Shown here: piece by piece, positions 63,489 through 64,000 of the stretch | Position numbering within the stretch: position 1 is the stretch's first letter | Layout: every line of letters starts with the position of its first letter | Assembly: GCA_965644295.1 (NCBI GenBank) | Contig: CBFFRP010000235.1 | Span: forward strand, 62,001 to 126,000 | Reading direction: 5' to 3' | DNA length: 64,000 nt | Source: Paraphysomonas bandaiensis | Lineage: Eukaryota; Protista; Chrysophyceae | Position numbers and translations under genes: made by a program | Notes under the pieces: model-generated | What the model was told of the DNA's origin: nothing | The model's input: only the letters and a program-made list of their open reading frames with translations | Databases searched by the model: none

Positions 63489-64000
63489 ATGTAATGGATT
63501 CTATTCCCTACTTGCCAAATGGCTTGTGGGTTATGATTATTATATATATATATATGGTTATATTTTCTATGGGATGATAATGAATGTATGTGTATATGTA
63601 TGTGATATGTGTGTGTATGTACTGCGTGTGTGTATGTATGTATATGGAGGTGTGTGTAACATATAACGATATTGAGAATACTTCAAATATAAAGTGAGTT
63701 GATATGATTGGTTTAGCAGTAAGATCTATATACAGAGTACGGGTATACTGGGATAGGTACAATAATACGGTGTGATAGTAGGAATTCTATAGGATAGATA
63801 TGAGTGAGATGGGACCGTATGTGGAGAACTTCCAACCCACACCACTCAACGTGATGTACTGGAAAGTCATAGAGAGAGAGGTACACACACATATAGAGAG
63901 GTACGCAAATAGATAGGTACACACATATATGAATAGGTACTTACATAGTCACTACATAAAAGTACATATCATCCATCCATAAGTACATATTATCTTCAGT

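Noticed and set aside
1-64000. tRNA or rRNA genes
   Set aside because: None recognised by eye; a tRNAscan-SE run would be needed to exclude them.

Overview
Eukaryotic, intron-rich (GT-AG), AT-rich nuclear DNA, most likely from a flagellated stramenopile (inferred from the Sig3/mastigoneme-type EGF genes and a CCT protein). It contains about 14 host genes: CDK5RAP1/MiaB-type methylthiotransferase, a ~14 kb multi-exon gene with Sfi1-like Trp repeats, a small coiled-coil protein, TIPIN/Swi3, a BT1 folate-biopterin transporter, RPL7A, an EF-hand protein, a membrane protein, a CCT protein, a 3R-MYB, a TLC protein, an inverted pair of Sig3-like genes, an ankyrin protein and a CX5R phosphatase. Main unusual items: (1) an intact Ty3/Gypsy chromovirus (44864-51162) with identical 192-bp LTRs, inserted in phase into a long (TATG)n tract between two divergent genes; it has no tRNA primer-binding site (a 12-bp palindrome instead) and a plausible splice that would remove all of pol to give a Gag-only mRNA; (2) two near-identical H/ACA snoRNA-like RNAs in different introns of CDK5RAP1; (3) a nested transposon cluster at 38.5-42.2 kb with an unclassified TIR element, a hAT derivative with an 8-bp TSD and a solo LTR; (4) a decayed virus-like fibre gene fragment; (5) a coding minisatellite inside an EF-hand loop. 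All coordinates and alignments were read by eye and no database searches were run.
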